This document shows, piece by piece, positions 63,948-64,000 of a DNA stretch of 64,000 bases; within the stretch, counting starts at the first letter, position 1, and each line of letters starts with the position of its first letter. Source of the stretch: Candidatus Xenobia bacterium (lineage in GTDB: Bacteria > Vulcanimicrobiota > Xenobia > Xenobiales > QWHO01); the NCBI GenBank assembly GCA_045863235.1, contig BTUM01000005.1:58912-122911 (forward strand), read 5' to 3'. The translations under genes and the position numbers were made by a program. A model generated the notes under the pieces. The model had not been told where the DNA came from and did not search any database. It worked only from the letters and a program-made list of their open reading frames with translations.

Positions 63948-64000
63948 CGGCAGGGCCCGCTCGCGTACGAAGCTGGCCGCCTTGAGGGCGAAGTCGTCGT

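Overview
This is a ~64 kb high-GC (roughly 68-70%) bacterial chromosomal segment, densely coding on both strands. I support about 57 CDS and saw no rRNA, tRNA or CRISPR array by eye. Many long six-frame ORFs are Arg/Ala/Pro-rich antisense artefacts of the GC bias and were discarded.

The content is dominated by signal-transduction and cell-envelope proteins typical of a large-genome, Myxococcota-like organism (a guess from gene content only):
- a eukaryotic-like Ser/Thr kinase translationally coupled to an FHA-domain ABC transporter (pknF/Rv1747-like)
- two class III adenylate/guanylate cyclases, one a 1227-aa dual-cyclase STAND/TPR protein
- a zinc-ribbon membrane protein plus site-2 protease, and a PEGA plus FG-GAP pair
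- periplasmic ankyrin and TPR proteins

Housekeeping genes include CPD photolyase, a stand-alone rpsR, an aldo-keto reductase, two paralogous amidohydrolases, an M20 peptidase, a Mo-bisPGD oxidoreductase and an rbs-like ABC sugar transporter.

The items most worth a second look are:
- a bacterial Major Vault Protein homolog at 30771-33230
- a 61-62 bp tandem repeat array with palindromic TTGACA-like boxes at 24408-24650
- an ~0.8 kb insert flanked by imperfect 43-bp direct repeats, carrying nested hairpins and a small ORF with five 21-bp tandem repeats (47618-48485)
- two paralogous glycine-rich double zinc-ribbon proteins
- a 31-bp motif with a relic copy of a gene 3' end
- a lower-GC islet with a Uma2-family nuclease (49900-52250), and a second Uma2 gene next to a TerB-like protein
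- an in-frame ABC permease / periplasmic binding protein fusion
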